This document shows, in pieces, positions 28,303 through 37,845 of a DNA stretch of 64,000 nt. Both the position numbers and the translations under genes were made by a program. The stretch comes from a virus. Location: IMG/VR virus record IMGVR_UViG_3300041964_000083, positions 1 through 64,000 of that record; one strand, 5' to 3'. The notes under the pieces were generated by a model, which saw only the letters and a list, made by a program, of their open reading frames with translations, was not told the DNA's origin and searched no databases. Numbering within the stretch: position 1 is the first letter of the stretch; each line of letters begins with the position of its first letter.

Positions 28303-29070
28303 CTAAGCTGTAATTTGCGGACGCTCAATAATTTCAGACGACACGTTCATACCGACAAGATACTTATTATCAACCAAGCGGTAACGGTTCACCAGCTTTT
28401 TCCAGCTTCCATCACCCACACAAGTTGCGTAATCGATTTCAAATGCCGACTCCCCAGCATCTCGTACCATTTGGCGTTTACGTTCTAAATCAACAGGAAG
28501 CCAGTCACGAGAAGTATCTCGTGGAACCGCGTCTTCCATTGAAGTTAGTTTAAAAAGCCTTACAGCAGCTGGATTCAACCATACTTGGATGTTGTCCGTT
28601 GTTACCAAGCCTTGCGGTTGATCGCTATCAATCATTTCGCCTAAAGCATTATACAAAGGACGACTCATTTCTACGTATCCACCCATCCATATCTTGTCCA
28701 GACTATACGGTGAGCGTTGGCTTGGTTCATTCATGGTAAAATCTCCTGACTGACATTTGTCTAAACACGATCGCACCAAAGGCGTAGCTGCAATTGGAAT
28801 TGGGTGACTACGCTCTGGGCTAAAAATCTCGACAACTTGCTGATTCCAGTCCCTACAGGCATCTGCGAGTTGTTTCTTTTTGTCTTTGAATAGTAACTTT
28901 GCTGCTTTGAAACTGGGAGTAAAAACGCGAACGAGATCCAAGCAAAAATCGGTTGGATACTCAATCCCCACTTCGTCGGCAAATAACCGACCCGCAGTGG
29001 AATTAAAAATTTGCGTCAAATCCCTGATGAGAATTTCCATTTCCGAATCTTTTTTTTCGCATTTGTTCAA
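28303..29070 (-). CDS. Hypothetical protein with PAS-like C-terminal region
   Basis: QGLVTTDNIQVWLNPAAVRLF resembles a PAS N-terminal motif. Confidence 0.5.
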   Translation of the reverse strand: MNKCEKKDSEMEILIRDLTQIFNSTAGRLFADEVGIEYPTDFCLDLVRVFTPSFKAAKLLFKDKKKQLADACRDWNQQVVEIFSPERSHPIPIAATPLVRSCLDKCQSGDFTMNEPSQRSPYSLDKIWMGGYVEMSRPLYNALGEMIDSDQPQGLVTTDNIQVWLNPAAVRLFKLTSMEDAVPRDTSRDWLPVDLERKRQMVRDAGESAFEIDYATCVGDGSWKKLVNRYRLVDNKYLVGMNVSSEIIERPQITA

Positions 29071-29587
29071 GTTCGCCCAATCCTCGTGATAAAGCTACCG
29101 AGAGCAGTGACAGTTCATCATCGGTAGGGCGTTCACCTCTGATGATTGCATCTACACGATCAAGAGCAATGATGTCCTCGAATGCTTCAATACAAGCCGC
29201 TCTATTGTTTTTAACTAGTTCAGCAATAGTTTCCAGTTCATCTCCTTTGACCATATAAGTCGCGAGTTGTTCTTCTTCAACATTGAGCAAATCTAAGCAG
29301 AGTCGTGCAATGTTGATCCATTCCCGACGAGAGAAAGACGCGATCGCGTCTTTGACTTGCTGGGCATCCAAAGGACGAGAGAGTAAAGCGTTTACTAACT
29401 CAGATTCTCCTAAACGTCCTCGACTGAAACGTTCCATCAGTTCCGCAAGCGAAACATCTATATCCACAGCCTGTTTCTGGAGAAGCGTTTTACAGGTCTT
29501 GGTGACCTGTATGTTTATGCGCTCTGTTTTTGGTTCATCCCAAGATTCGCCCTTCCCTTTGCGCGACTTGATTCCTTTTTTACCCAT
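29003..29587 (-). CDS. Putative regulator (RHH-like N-terminus, HTH-like C-terminus)
   Basis: KTERINIQVT..K.LL...A....VSLAELMERFSR; IIRGERPTDDEL. Confidence 0.55.
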   Translation of the reverse strand: MGKKGIKSRKGKGESWDEPKTERINIQVTKTCKTLLQKQAVDIDVSLAELMERFSRGRLGESELVNALLSRPLDAQQVKDAIASFSRREWINIARLCLDLLNVEEEQLATYMVKGDELETIAELVKNNRAACIEAFEDIIALDRVDAIIRGERPTDDELSLLSVALSRGLGELEQMRKKRFGNGNSHQGFDANF

Positions 29588-29637
29588 ACTTTAAATTTAA
29601 GGTATTGCAGCACGCCTAAAGCAAAGCGCTAGAAAAC

Positions 29638-30014
29638 ATGAACTACTCCGACTTGCTATCGCTGATGCCGGAGTTTCCAACAGCAGCAGATCGTCGTTTC
29701 TCACGCTTCTTTGCCCCTAGTTGCCGCATACTTGCGCAGGCGGTAGAGCTAGGCGACTCTGCGTGTAAAGAGGACAGTTCCTGCCCCCTTGCCCAAGTGA
29801 TGTTGACTTGGGCGGCATTAACGTCCCTATCCTCGACGTGATTACAGTTGGAATTAGAGCAAATATGAACTCTGTCTGCCAATGTCTTTGGTGTTAATCC
29901 CCAACATTTAGCGCATCGTTGAGTCGGCTTGAGTGTTTGAGTTGGAGACTCTATGTAGAACCCTCCATAGCAAACCACTTTATCAACTTCTTATGTCTTC
30001 AACAAGACCTCTTG
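29638..30014 (-). mobile_element. Internally deleted IS200/IS605 element (tnpB 3' remnant)
   Basis: TnpB C-terminal Zn ribbon and RuvC-III: PTQRCAKCW..KTLADRVHIC..C.H.EDRDVNAA; right-end-like GGAGTAGTTCAT at 29638 on the minus strand; left end approximate. Confidence 0.75.
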
Positions 30015-30101
30015 ACACACCTCGTGCAAGTCACTATGCTGGTAAGCAATCAAACAAAACGCGATCGCACAGCTACTCAAATTCACAAACAAGGAGCCGC
30101 T

Positions 30102-30434
30102 TTGACACAAGAAACAATCACAAGAACAACTCAAGCATCAGCACCAGTAGTAGTTCCGACTTACCAAGTAGCGTTAACTGAAATCGCAAGAGTGTATCAA
30201 AAACTTGCGAACAGTGCAGGAGAGATACCTACACGTATTACTTGGTCAGAAGACCAGGAAGCTTACTTGGTAACCCTCCCGACGCCAACACTAAAAGTCA
30301 CAAAGTCGGAAGAAGGTAATGTTTTTTCAGTAACTCTTCCGAATTTTCCGTTCAAGCCGATCGCGCAAGGCTCAACAATGAATGAAGCTTTAGCAAACGC
30401 TATGGATGTTATCCAAGGTTACATGGAAGACTGA
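30102..30434 (+). CDS. Protein with HicB-like C-terminal fold
   Basis: AAGGAG RBS + TTG; FSVTLPNFP..IAQGSTMNEALANAMDVI. Confidence 0.6.
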   Translation: MTQETITRTTQASAPVVVPTYQVALTEIARVYQKLANSAGEIPTRITWSEDQEAYLVTLPTPTLKVTKSEEGNVFSVTLPNFPFKPIAQGSTMNEALANAMDVIQGYMED

Positions 30435-30537
30435 TTTGTGAGATTCGCGCACTGACCCTTCTCTTTGTTAGAAGGGTGAATGAGCGAAAGCTCTCTCAAT
30501 AAATGCAGTAAGTAATCAATCAAGGCACTAACTAATC

Positions 30538-30777
30538 ATGCAAACCTTATTGCAACGCCAACGTAGCGTTCAAATTCGTGTGCGTCGGTATCGCTTGCGT
30601 TGTATTGCACAGCTACTCAAACACGGTGCATCAGAATCTTTATGCGATCGCGTTCTCTATATCTGGGAAAACGGATCTGCGGGCAAGGATACGCCAGATG
30701 ACAAAGTATTAAATGATGCCCACAAGATTCTTGCTAGAGCTGCTAGAGTTCCTAGTCAGCAGCGCATTGCTGCTTAA
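30538..30777 (+). CDS. Hypothetical protein
   Basis: 79-aa ORF. Confidence 0.5.
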   Translation: MQTLLQRQRSVQIRVRRYRLRCIAQLLKHGASESLCDRVLYIWENGSAGKDTPDDKVLNDAHKILARAARVPSQQRIAA

Positions 30778-30779
30778 AA

Positions 30780-30983
30780 ATGCCGAGATCTAATTTTTCT
30801 GAAATTGTAGCGTTTGCTAAGAAGCATGGCTTTTCTGTTCAACGGCATCCTGTAAAAGGCTTCCGTGTTTGGTACACGGAATACCCCCGTGACAAACACT
30901 TGAATCCCGTGAAACGCACTTTAACGGGCGTTAAGAACTTTATCGAGGCTGAAATTCAAAAAGAAAATGCAAGTGTCAATTAG
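30780..30983 (+). CDS. Hypothetical protein
   Basis: 67-aa ORF. Confidence 0.5.
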   Translation: MPRSNFSEIVAFAKKHGFSVQRHPVKGFRVWYTEYPRDKHLNPVKRTLTGVKNFIEAEIQKENASVN

Positions 30984-31017
30984 CTTGCTGGGTGGAGTGT
31001 GGCGTGGAGATTGATTA

Positions 31018-31049
31018 TCGATTGACTAATAACGTTATTAGTCAATCGA
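31018..31049. repeat. 32-bp perfect palindrome
   Basis: TCGATTGACTAATAAC|GTTATTAGTCAATCGA. Confidence 0.85.
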
Positions 31050-31077
31050 CTTATATCGTCAAAAGCAAGGAGGGACA

Positions 31078-31872
31078 TTGAGTTTCCAACGAAACACTTT
31101 AAGTAGTTTTTTTGCAGATGTCGAAGATGAAGCTCCAAAAACAGCTCCATCTATTAGAGCTGTTTCCAAACCTCAGCCTACTGTAGAAGCAGGGGAAGAG
31201 GAAGAAGCGGTAGAGCCAGAACAAGTTACGAGTACCGTGCTTCGAGAAGCCTCAGCAACCGTAACTAACTTTTCTCCGATAAGCTTCAGCAATCATGGTG
31301 GTTACAACCCAGTAACCTACCTATCTCCTGATGGTTCTTTAATGTATCTATCCCAAGAAGAAAAACAGCGACTTGGGATAAAACCAGGAATCAAAAAAAT
31401 AAACGTAATCGCCCCTGAGTTTTTAGGGAAATCAAACAAAACAGGGATGAAGTATTACCGAGTTATTCGGTTTTTTTACCCACCAAGCTATCTAGCCAAA
31501 GGTAGCGATCGCTCCCCTGATTTAACTCCTGAAGGTATTGCGGCTTTAGTAAGCTACAGCAATTGCCCAGAAGAAGAACGAACTGCGTACCTTGAGCAGT
31601 TGAAAGAAACCTATCAAGCATGGCTTCGAGCGTGCGGGGCGATAGATTCTACTGATACAGGAATTGAAGTATTTCAAAACCAAAGCATTCAGTTAGAAAT
31701 TACTGACACAGCTGCCAAGGTTTTTAATCTTTGCAAAAGACTTTGCGAAGGAATTGCAGAGGAAGCTTTAGCTAATGCTCGGCAGTTTGCTAAGACACTT
31801 CCTGCGCGAATCAACAAAGAAATTAACTCTCAGCTAACAGAAGAATTAGGAGAATACGATGAGTCAAACTAA
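31078..31872 (+). CDS. Hypothetical protein (candidate adaptor of the actin-like protein)
   Basis: GGAGGG RBS + TTG; acidic disordered N-terminus; overlaps the actin-like gene. Confidence 0.6.
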   Translation: MSFQRNTLSSFFADVEDEAPKTAPSIRAVSKPQPTVEAGEEEEAVEPEQVTSTVLREASATVTNFSPISFSNHGGYNPVTYLSPDGSLMYLSQEEKQRLGIKPGIKKINVIAPEFLGKSNKTGMKYYRVIRFFYPPSYLAKGSDRSPDLTPEGIAALVSYSNCPEEERTAYLEQLKETYQAWLRACGAIDSTDTGIEVFQNQSIQLEITDTAAKVFNLCKRLCEGIAEEALANARQFAKTLPARINKEINSQLTEELGEYDESN

Positions 31873-33121
31873 ATTAAAGAAAGCCGAGTATCCTTTGTCT
31901 TGGGAAATTAAGGATGATGCCATGCACGTCACCTTAAGTCCCCAAATGTCTAATTCGTTAGTGCTTGCTCAAGAGGGTACAAGAATCTGTGTTGCTGATT
32001 TAGGTCGCTCTGGAGTAAAGATTACTGACGTAGCTGTTGACTCAGAAACTGGAATTGTTACGATTATCATTCGTAAAATCACATCTCACTTAGCTGAAGT
32101 TCCAGCAGAGAAACTGGTAAAAGCGACTGGATTTTTCAAGCAGCAGAAGACTTCAGCTAAAAAGATTTGTTTCAAAGCAACCGACGACAAAGGCGTCACA
32201 AAAACTTATGCAGTTGGTGAGCGTGCAGCATCGCTGGGTGGTGCGGCTGGCTTAAACCAAGCTAAAACGGTTGACATGGATAAACGGTTGATGGGTGTAA
32301 TGACTGCCCTCGGCATTTTCTCTGGTGAAATTGCCTTAGGTGTTCAAATACCGTTTGCTTCTGGAAAACAGTTTCAGGGAGAATCAGAAAAAGCACAGCA
32401 CCTAGTTAAGGACGGGTTACGGTGGGAGTTGGAAAACAAACCACGCCAGCTAACTCTTCAGGATGACAACTTGCGTGTAGCCCCTGAAGATTATTACTCG
32501 GAATACCTGACTTGGGAGTTGAAGTATGACCGAGCAGGTAATGAGTATCCCTGCTGGCAAGGGATGGGGAGGTTGATTGTTGGTCTTGGTTTTCAAACGA
32601 CCAACATTGGGGTTATTGATGAAGATGACGCTTTTGACCCTATGCTTAGTCAGTCCATTCAGTTTGGGGTCAATCAGTTCTATAAATACTGTGCTGAACC
32701 GATGGGCAACAACGTCAACTTTGAAGACCCTAAGTTTATTGAGCTAATTAATTCGATTGCTACAATCTCTCCAGCAGACGAACCTCCTTTCGAGACTTCA
32801 ATTCAAGTACCAGGACAGGCTAAACCATTAGAGTTTGGTGAACTAAAAGGTTTTGTTGAATCGGCTAAGAACTCATTTTTTGCCGAGTTAATGGCAAAGC
32901 TCGGACTCAGTTCAGATTTTGATTCTAGTTCAAGCAAGGCTACGGATATTGCTAGTTTGTTTGCTGCTTATGGTCGGTTCAGTGTTGTGGGCGGTGGCGC
33001 TTATTTATTTGGCGATCGCTTAATTGAAACCCTCGACAACTTTGAAGGGTTCGTCTGCCCTCTACCTGATGTAGCATCAGCGCTGGGTATGACGTTGGCA
33101 GTTGCTAGAGGGGAATTTTAA
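31859..33121 (+). CDS. ParM/StbA-family actin-like ATPase
   Basis: ADLGRSGVK (phosphate 1), YAVGE.A, VAPE, GLGFQTTN (phosphate 2, Asp lost), VVGGGAY (adenosine). Confidence 0.75.
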   Translation: MSQTKLKKAEYPLSWEIKDDAMHVTLSPQMSNSLVLAQEGTRICVADLGRSGVKITDVAVDSETGIVTIIIRKITSHLAEVPAEKLVKATGFFKQQKTSAKKICFKATDDKGVTKTYAVGERAASLGGAAGLNQAKTVDMDKRLMGVMTALGIFSGEIALGVQIPFASGKQFQGESEKAQHLVKDGLRWELENKPRQLTLQDDNLRVAPEDYYSEYLTWELKYDRAGNEYPCWQGMGRLIVGLGFQTTNIGVIDEDDAFDPMLSQSIQFGVNQFYKYCAEPMGNNVNFEDPKFIELINSIATISPADEPPFETSIQVPGQAKPLEFGELKGFVESAKNSFFAELMAKLGLSSDFDSSSSKATDIASLFAAYGRFSVVGGGAYLFGDRLIETLDNFEGFVCPLPDVASALGMTLAVARGEF

Positions 33122-33594
33122 TGTATTCCAAGAAAAACATTCATGCGTTTCCACACTTCAAAGTTCGAGAAGGGTTTGAGACTATCTTCCCTTTTGACAA
33201 CCTAGAAGAAAGGTTAGAGCAGGAGTTACGGGTTATTGGGTTAACCGAAGAGAACCTAACCAAAGCTGAAAAGCTAAATGCTGAAAAAGCAGCAAAGCTT
33301 AAAACTAGGGTTGAAGTCGTCAAGGCAAAAGCACTTAAAGCTGGGGTTCTAATCGATTCTATTGAGTCAATCGCCTACAGTGACGCTAAAGTTGACGCTT
33401 TAGAGAAAGTCATTGAAAGACTTGGGGTTCTAGAGAAGCAAGTTGAAGACCAGTTAGTCCCTTGGACAAAATCTCAATTCAAGTCAGCCTTACCCTGGTT
33501 GCTTTTAGGGATTGTGGTCACGATTTTTGGTTTGACAGCTGTGGTTAGCCGTGGGTCAACGCCCACTCTTGAAACTAAAACACAAGTGAAGTAG
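33121..33594 (+). CDS. Coiled-coil protein with C-terminal transmembrane segment
   Basis: ALPWLLLGIVVTIFGLTAVV; TAATG-coupled to the actin gene. Confidence 0.65.
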   Translation: MYSKKNIHAFPHFKVREGFETIFPFDNLEERLEQELRVIGLTEENLTKAEKLNAEKAAKLKTRVEVVKAKALKAGVLIDSIESIAYSDAKVDALEKVIERLGVLEKQVEDQLVPWTKSQFKSALPWLLLGIVVTIFGLTAVVSRGSTPTLETKTQVK

Positions 33595-33684
33595 TTTTCC
33601 CACCCTGCCATCTATCTTACCTATTTTGGTTAGGAAGTTGGCAGGTTGAGGGAAACCTTCTTACTTTTAATTTCATAAACGCAA

Positions 33685-34920
33685 ATGGTTGTAACACTTG
33701 ATCGTTCTAGCCATAAAGTTGCTCATGCCTTAAGGATTGAGATTGATAATTTAGCCTATGCCCTACAGCGGCAGCAAACCGTAAAGGATGTTGAACAACG
33801 GCTCTTAGAAATCAATCGAAAATTGGGAGGAGTAAAATCAGACCCCCAGTACAAAGAACTTCGAGAACACTTCTTAGCTCTTACTGCTGCGGCTGGAATC
33901 TTCCTAACTGTGGCAACTACTAGTCACTACCAAGTTAATCCGCAGATTTTCCAGCCTACTTCAATTGAACTCCGAGCGGACACTTCGGCTGGAATCCGTC
34001 TGACATCTACGACTCAAATCCTTAATGAAGTCCAAGCGGACTTCGGAACCACTTCGAGTCAACTCAGCATAACCGCATTGATGCACGCCATCATTGGTCA
34101 GGAATCAAACGGAAAATTCAACATCACCAACCCACATTCAGGAGCATTAGGTTATGGGCAAGTGATGCCAGAGAATGTTACTCCTTGGAGCTTAGAAGCT
34201 CTGGGGTATGCCCTTACTCCCAAGGAGTTTCTCAATAGCCCCAAGTTACAACTCAAAATCATCAAATTTAAGTTGGGGCAGGCGATCGCATCCCAAACCC
34301 AACCCGACCGGAGCGAGGAAGAGGTGATTCGTCGTGCTGCTGCTATTTGGTATTCAGGTCAAGCTCGGTTATGGAATAGCAACAGACCGGAATATTACAA
34401 CGGGCATCCCTACCCGTCTATTGCTGAGTACACCCAGAGTGTTTGGGAGAAGTACCAAGCAGAATTATCCCCCGCATCTTCGGAGTTAAGCGACTGGACG
34501 GCAGATGATAAATCTACCCCAGCTAAAGGGGAGAAGATTGCAGGGTATGAGGTAACCTCCCCTTGGGGTAATCGAAAAGGGGCGAATCTTCCTGTAGGAG
34601 CCAGCACTTTCCATAAGGGAACGGACGTGGGGATGCCAGAAGGAACCCCCCTTTACGTTATTGGGAGTGCCCAAAACTTTAATTGTTCTTGGGATGCCAA
34701 GGCGGGGAATATTGCCAGCTTTGATTCCCCTGAATTAGGCAAGAGTTTTGATTACTACCATCTATCGAAGTGCGATCGCACAACCCGTGAAATGAGGGTT
34801 GGTAATACGGGGATAGATGGAGGAGCGCACCTCCACATTAATCAGCGAAATCCTCAAACCTTGGAAAAAGAACCACCTTGGCGTGGTTTTATTAGATGGG
34901 CTATTCGAGGCAAGAAATAG
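33685..34920 (+). CDS. Lytic transglycosylase (SLT-like) + M23 peptidase fusion
   Basis: AIIGQESNG..GALGYGQVMP..WYSG; FHKGTD..HL..GNTG..AHLH; N-terminal hydrophobic segment. Confidence 0.8.
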   Translation: MVVTLDRSSHKVAHALRIEIDNLAYALQRQQTVKDVEQRLLEINRKLGGVKSDPQYKELREHFLALTAAAGIFLTVATTSHYQVNPQIFQPTSIELRADTSAGIRLTSTTQILNEVQADFGTTSSQLSITALMHAIIGQESNGKFNITNPHSGALGYGQVMPENVTPWSLEALGYALTPKEFLNSPKLQLKIIKFKLGQAIASQTQPDRSEEEVIRRAAAIWYSGQARLWNSNRPEYYNGHPYPSIAEYTQSVWEKYQAELSPASSELSDWTADDKSTPAKGEKIAGYEVTSPWGNRKGANLPVGASTFHKGTDVGMPEGTPLYVIGSAQNFNCSWDAKAGNIASFDSPELGKSFDYYHLSKCDRTTREMRVGNTGIDGGAHLHINQRNPQTLEKEPPWRGFIRWAIRGKK

Positions 34921-35310
34921 CCAATATGTTTACTTTGATTCAGGTCGTGCCAATTAATGGGATGCGCTATCCGCTCAACACTAAACATTAGTGGACAAGA
35001 TAGCCAGACTCAGGCGCAAGCCTACGTTATAGAAGTCATGACACCCATGAATGCTTTCCAGTTTGTGGCAACTGTCGTCAAAAGTTAAACAGATTTATTG
35101 AGCAATGAATTGGCGATTAGAGGTATAGCGATCGCACAGAGAATTTATGGAAATCGTGAAGCGCGATCGTAGGTATCAAACCAACAATCGATTTGTTTTC
35201 ACCGCGACAGTTATCGATTCGTCCAAACTTTGAGTAATAATTGACTGCACTCTTCTAACTGGTGGCAGTGGTTGGGGAGTTGGAGTCAATCAACAAGGAG
35301 AACTTTAGTA

Positions 35311-35514
35311 ATGAGTAAACCATCTCTCAAACAATTTGCTGCTACTTCTGTGATAGCGTTAGCTACCTCTGTAGGATTGAATGCCGTTGACGCTCATGTT
35401 GGAATTCATGCTACTGCGGGTGCAGCTATAGGTATAGGTTCCGCAGCCATAGCCGGATTAAAAGACGGCTTAAAAGCAGCCAAGGAAAAGGAAGACGCTG
35501 ACAAGAAAGGTTAA
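35311..35514 (+). CDS. Small hydrophobic Gly/Ala-rich membrane peptide
   Basis: AAGGAG RBS; AGAAIGIGSAAIAG. Confidence 0.55.
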   Translation: MSKPSLKQFAATSVIALATSVGLNAVDAHVGIHATAGAAIGIGSAAIAGLKDGLKAAKEKEDADKKG

Positions 35515-35584
35515 TTGCCTGCATCCCTTCAGCTAGTGACAGGAGTTAGGGGACTGGAGTTAATTAATTTTAAGAGGGTGATTC

Positions 35585-35719
35585 ATGTTTGAAAAGCAAA
35601 TAACCGAGATTTGCATGATTTTGATTGTGGCGTTCTTTGCCTTAATTGCTCCACAAGTTTTTGTTCCAGTTTTAGCTGGAATGTTAATTGCAACCGTACA
35701 GGAGAAGAAGAATGGCTGA
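35585..35719 (+). CDS. Small membrane peptide (44 aa)
   Basis: GAGGG RBS; MFEKQITEICMILIVAFFALIAPQVFVPVLAGMLIATVQEKKNG. Confidence 0.5.
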   Translation: MFEKQITEICMILIVAFFALIAPQVFVPVLAGMLIATVQEKKNG

Positions 35720-35906
35720 TTTAGGTAAGTTGAATGTAGGCGATCGCGTAAAAGACGAAGAACGCGAATATGAAGTTGTTGGTTACCACCCAAATGGTGC
35801 AGTTAAAATTGCGTTTGGTGAACCCGAATCGGGTGGCGACTGGGGATTTTTGCACTACACACCTGAAGAACTTGCAGAAGCTGGGATTACAAAAACCGAT
35901 GCTTAA
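35712..35906 (+). CDS. Hypothetical protein (SH3/KOW-like)
   Basis: GGAG RBS; LNVGDRVK..YEVVG. Confidence 0.5.
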   Translation: MADLGKLNVGDRVKDEEREYEVVGYHPNGAVKIAFGEPESGGDWGFLHYTPEELAEAGITKTDA

Positions 35907-36309
35907 ACCAAAAGAAACTGAGATAATAACGATACCTGAACCTCCTGAAGGTTCTTACCTCCACTCCGAGGTCATAACTCATGCCAAACAAGACTTTTTT
36001 GGGCGCACATGGATGCTTAAGTATCGTGGGTGGACATTAAACAATCGCGCTGTGTACGTTCAAGTTCAAGATTATCTAGGCTACTGCTTCTACACTCCGG
36101 AAGGCGTTGGCAAGTTATCTAGAATAGTTCCTCGTGATAACGAAAATGCGGCTCTGAATGAAATGTTTAGATACTTCGACTGGTTTATTTTCTCCTATGA
36201 ATCTAAGCTGATTGAAGTTGATATTGAGGATAAGACAACTCAAAAGCCTGCTGTGCAGAATGTTAAAAGACTGACGGGTAAGCGAACCAACATCAAGGAG
36301 GTAAGCTAA
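35899..36309 (+). CDS. Hypothetical protein
   Basis: Overlaps upstream stop. Confidence 0.5.
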   Translation: MLKPKETEIITIPEPPEGSYLHSEVITHAKQDFFGRTWMLKYRGWTLNNRAVYVQVQDYLGYCFYTPEGVGKLSRIVPRDNENAALNEMFRYFDWFIFSYESKLIEVDIEDKTTQKPAVQNVKRLTGKRTNIKEVS

Positions 36310-36376
36310 AACTATTCAAAATAATCCGTGCCAGTTTGACTAAGAAGCTGATGTAGACAAAAAAAGAGAAAAGCAA

Positions 36377-36715
36377 ATGACCTTACAACCACACGAATTA
36401 AAGCTAGCAGCAGAACTGTTAGAATTAGCCGCCGACCAATTCAGCAATCACGGTTGCAATGATTTTGATTTAGTGACAGAAGCTGGATTAACTCTAGAGC
36501 AAGCCTATGAAGTCAACAAAGCATATGTGGAATGGAATGGTGAAGCTGGACAATACGAAGATAGTGAACTACGAACAACAGAAGCATGGTCTGGTAATGA
36601 CGGGATGATGCGTTGGTTATCAGCAAGGATGAAACAAGAATTAGAGGTGGGCGACTCTCTTGGAGCAGAAACTTACGAGGAATACGCAAAAAGAACGGGA
36701 TGCGATCGCACATGA
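36377..36715 (+). CDS. Hypothetical phage protein
   Basis: LAAELLELAADQFSNHGCND. Confidence 0.6.
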   Translation: MTLQPHELKLAAELLELAADQFSNHGCNDFDLVTEAGLTLEQAYEVNKAYVEWNGEAGQYEDSELRTTEAWSGNDGMMRWLSARMKQELEVGDSLGAETYEEYAKRTGCDRT

Positions 36716-37026
36716 CTAACCCACTACCATACACAATCTCGGATATCTTGTTAAACCATGAGCGCGGTGAGTTTTTACGCAAACGCAATATCAAGGTTTC
36801 TCAAGTCTTGGAGTCTAAAGCTGATGAATTCTATCAATACTTTGGAATCCACCTCGTTTTCTTTATCGATCCAATAATAGGATTTAATTATTGCTCTTTC
36901 ACTAATACTGTTCTTAGTCCTACACCAAACGGTATAAGTGACTACAACGTGGTTTTAAGTCGATACGGGGTAAGAGCAGCTGAATTGATTGACGAATTAA
37001 TTAATGCTATAACGGATTGCAAATGA
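36712..37026 (+). CDS. Hypothetical protein
   Basis: ATGA coupling. Confidence 0.5.
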   Translation: MTNPLPYTISDILLNHERGEFLRKRNIKVSQVLESKADEFYQYFGIHLVFFIDPIIGFNYCSFTNTVLSPTPNGISDYNVVLSRYGVRAAELIDELINAITDCK

Positions 37027-37210
37027 TTAATCCACACATATGCGATCGCGTATACAACGTTCTTCTTGTTACATTGGTTTGATGCTGTTAAAATAAACAA
37101 CGATACACAGCAATTTGCATACAGCGTATCTTGCCTTCTGAGTACATCGGAAGGTTTTGTTTTGTTTGTAGTGCTGTAAAATTAGATGTGATTAAATTTT
37201 TGATGAGAGC

Positions 37211-37265
37211 AGACCCGTGGCGTGTAACACGGGTTTTTGTTTGACTGACAACTAATCGTTGTCAG
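37211..37265. terminator. Terminator hairpin plus palindrome copy between convergent operons
   Basis: ACCCGTG-gcgtgtaa-CACGGGTTTTT then CTGACAACTAATCGTTGTCAG. Confidence 0.6.
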
Positions 37266-37368
37266 CACGAATATAAAGAAGCGATATCATTAAAATATAG
37301 ATGCACCCTTGACCAAAGAGACGATTATTTTTTTGCCTAAGCTGCAAGGAAGCGATCGCCTCTTTTCC

Positions 37369-37845
37369 TTATTTAGAAACGAAATGTATCCATAGCTCCC
37401 CATCTGCACTGCAAGTGCGTGCCATCAGATTGTAAGAATACGTCAAGCCTGCTCCTGATCGCGTGGTGTCATAGCCATCAGTGAAAAATTCGCCAAAAGG
37501 ATCGTTCACCACAAACCCTTTTTCGTTATAGCCAATGATTACGATAATATGACCAAATTCGGTGAAGTACCCATGAACAATACACGGGTTTTCTTTGTCT
37601 AACCACGCTTTAACAGCATCCCAGTTGGTATGCCGAGTAAATTCATCTTTATACCCATACAGCCTGAATAATTCAGCTAAATCTTCTCCAACGTGTCGGT
37701 TTAACCCGCTGTCGATGCAATATTGATAAAGCTCATCTTCTAATTGGACACCAGCGTTATTCCTAATGGGGTAACCAAAAAATGCCATACACATCGCTAC
37801 AGACGTTACATTGCAGCTACCGTAAGGGTTTTCTGAGTTGTCCAA
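37369..37845 (-). CDS. C39-like cysteine peptidase domain (probable frameshifted C-terminus of the endolysin)
   Basis: (LKVPYLLQ)LDN..GSCNVTSVAM...GHIIVIIGY...VNDPFG. Confidence 0.8.
   Translation of the reverse strand: MDNSENPYGSCNVTSVAMCMAFFGYPIRNNAGVQLEDELYQYCIDSGLNRHVGEDLAELFRLYGYKDEFTRHTNWDAVKAWLDKENPCIVHGYFTEFGHIIVIIGYNEKGFVVNDPFGEFFTDGYDTTRSGAGLTYSYNLMARTCSADGELWIHFVSK

Noticed and set aside
29643-29978. Functional TnpB/Cas12f nuclease
   Set aside because: Only the C-terminal Zn ribbon and RuvC-III remain
30440-30497. Hammerhead ribozyme or tRNA in the structured intergenic segment (ACCCTTCT..AGAAGGGT; GAGC-GAAA-GCTC)
   Set aside because: No CUGAUGA core or cloverleaf; only two hairpins, perhaps a processing site or terminator
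30102-30983. Complete HicAB toxin-antitoxin pair
   Set aside because: A HicB-like fold is present, but the nearby 67-aa ORF lacks a convincing HicA GSH motif
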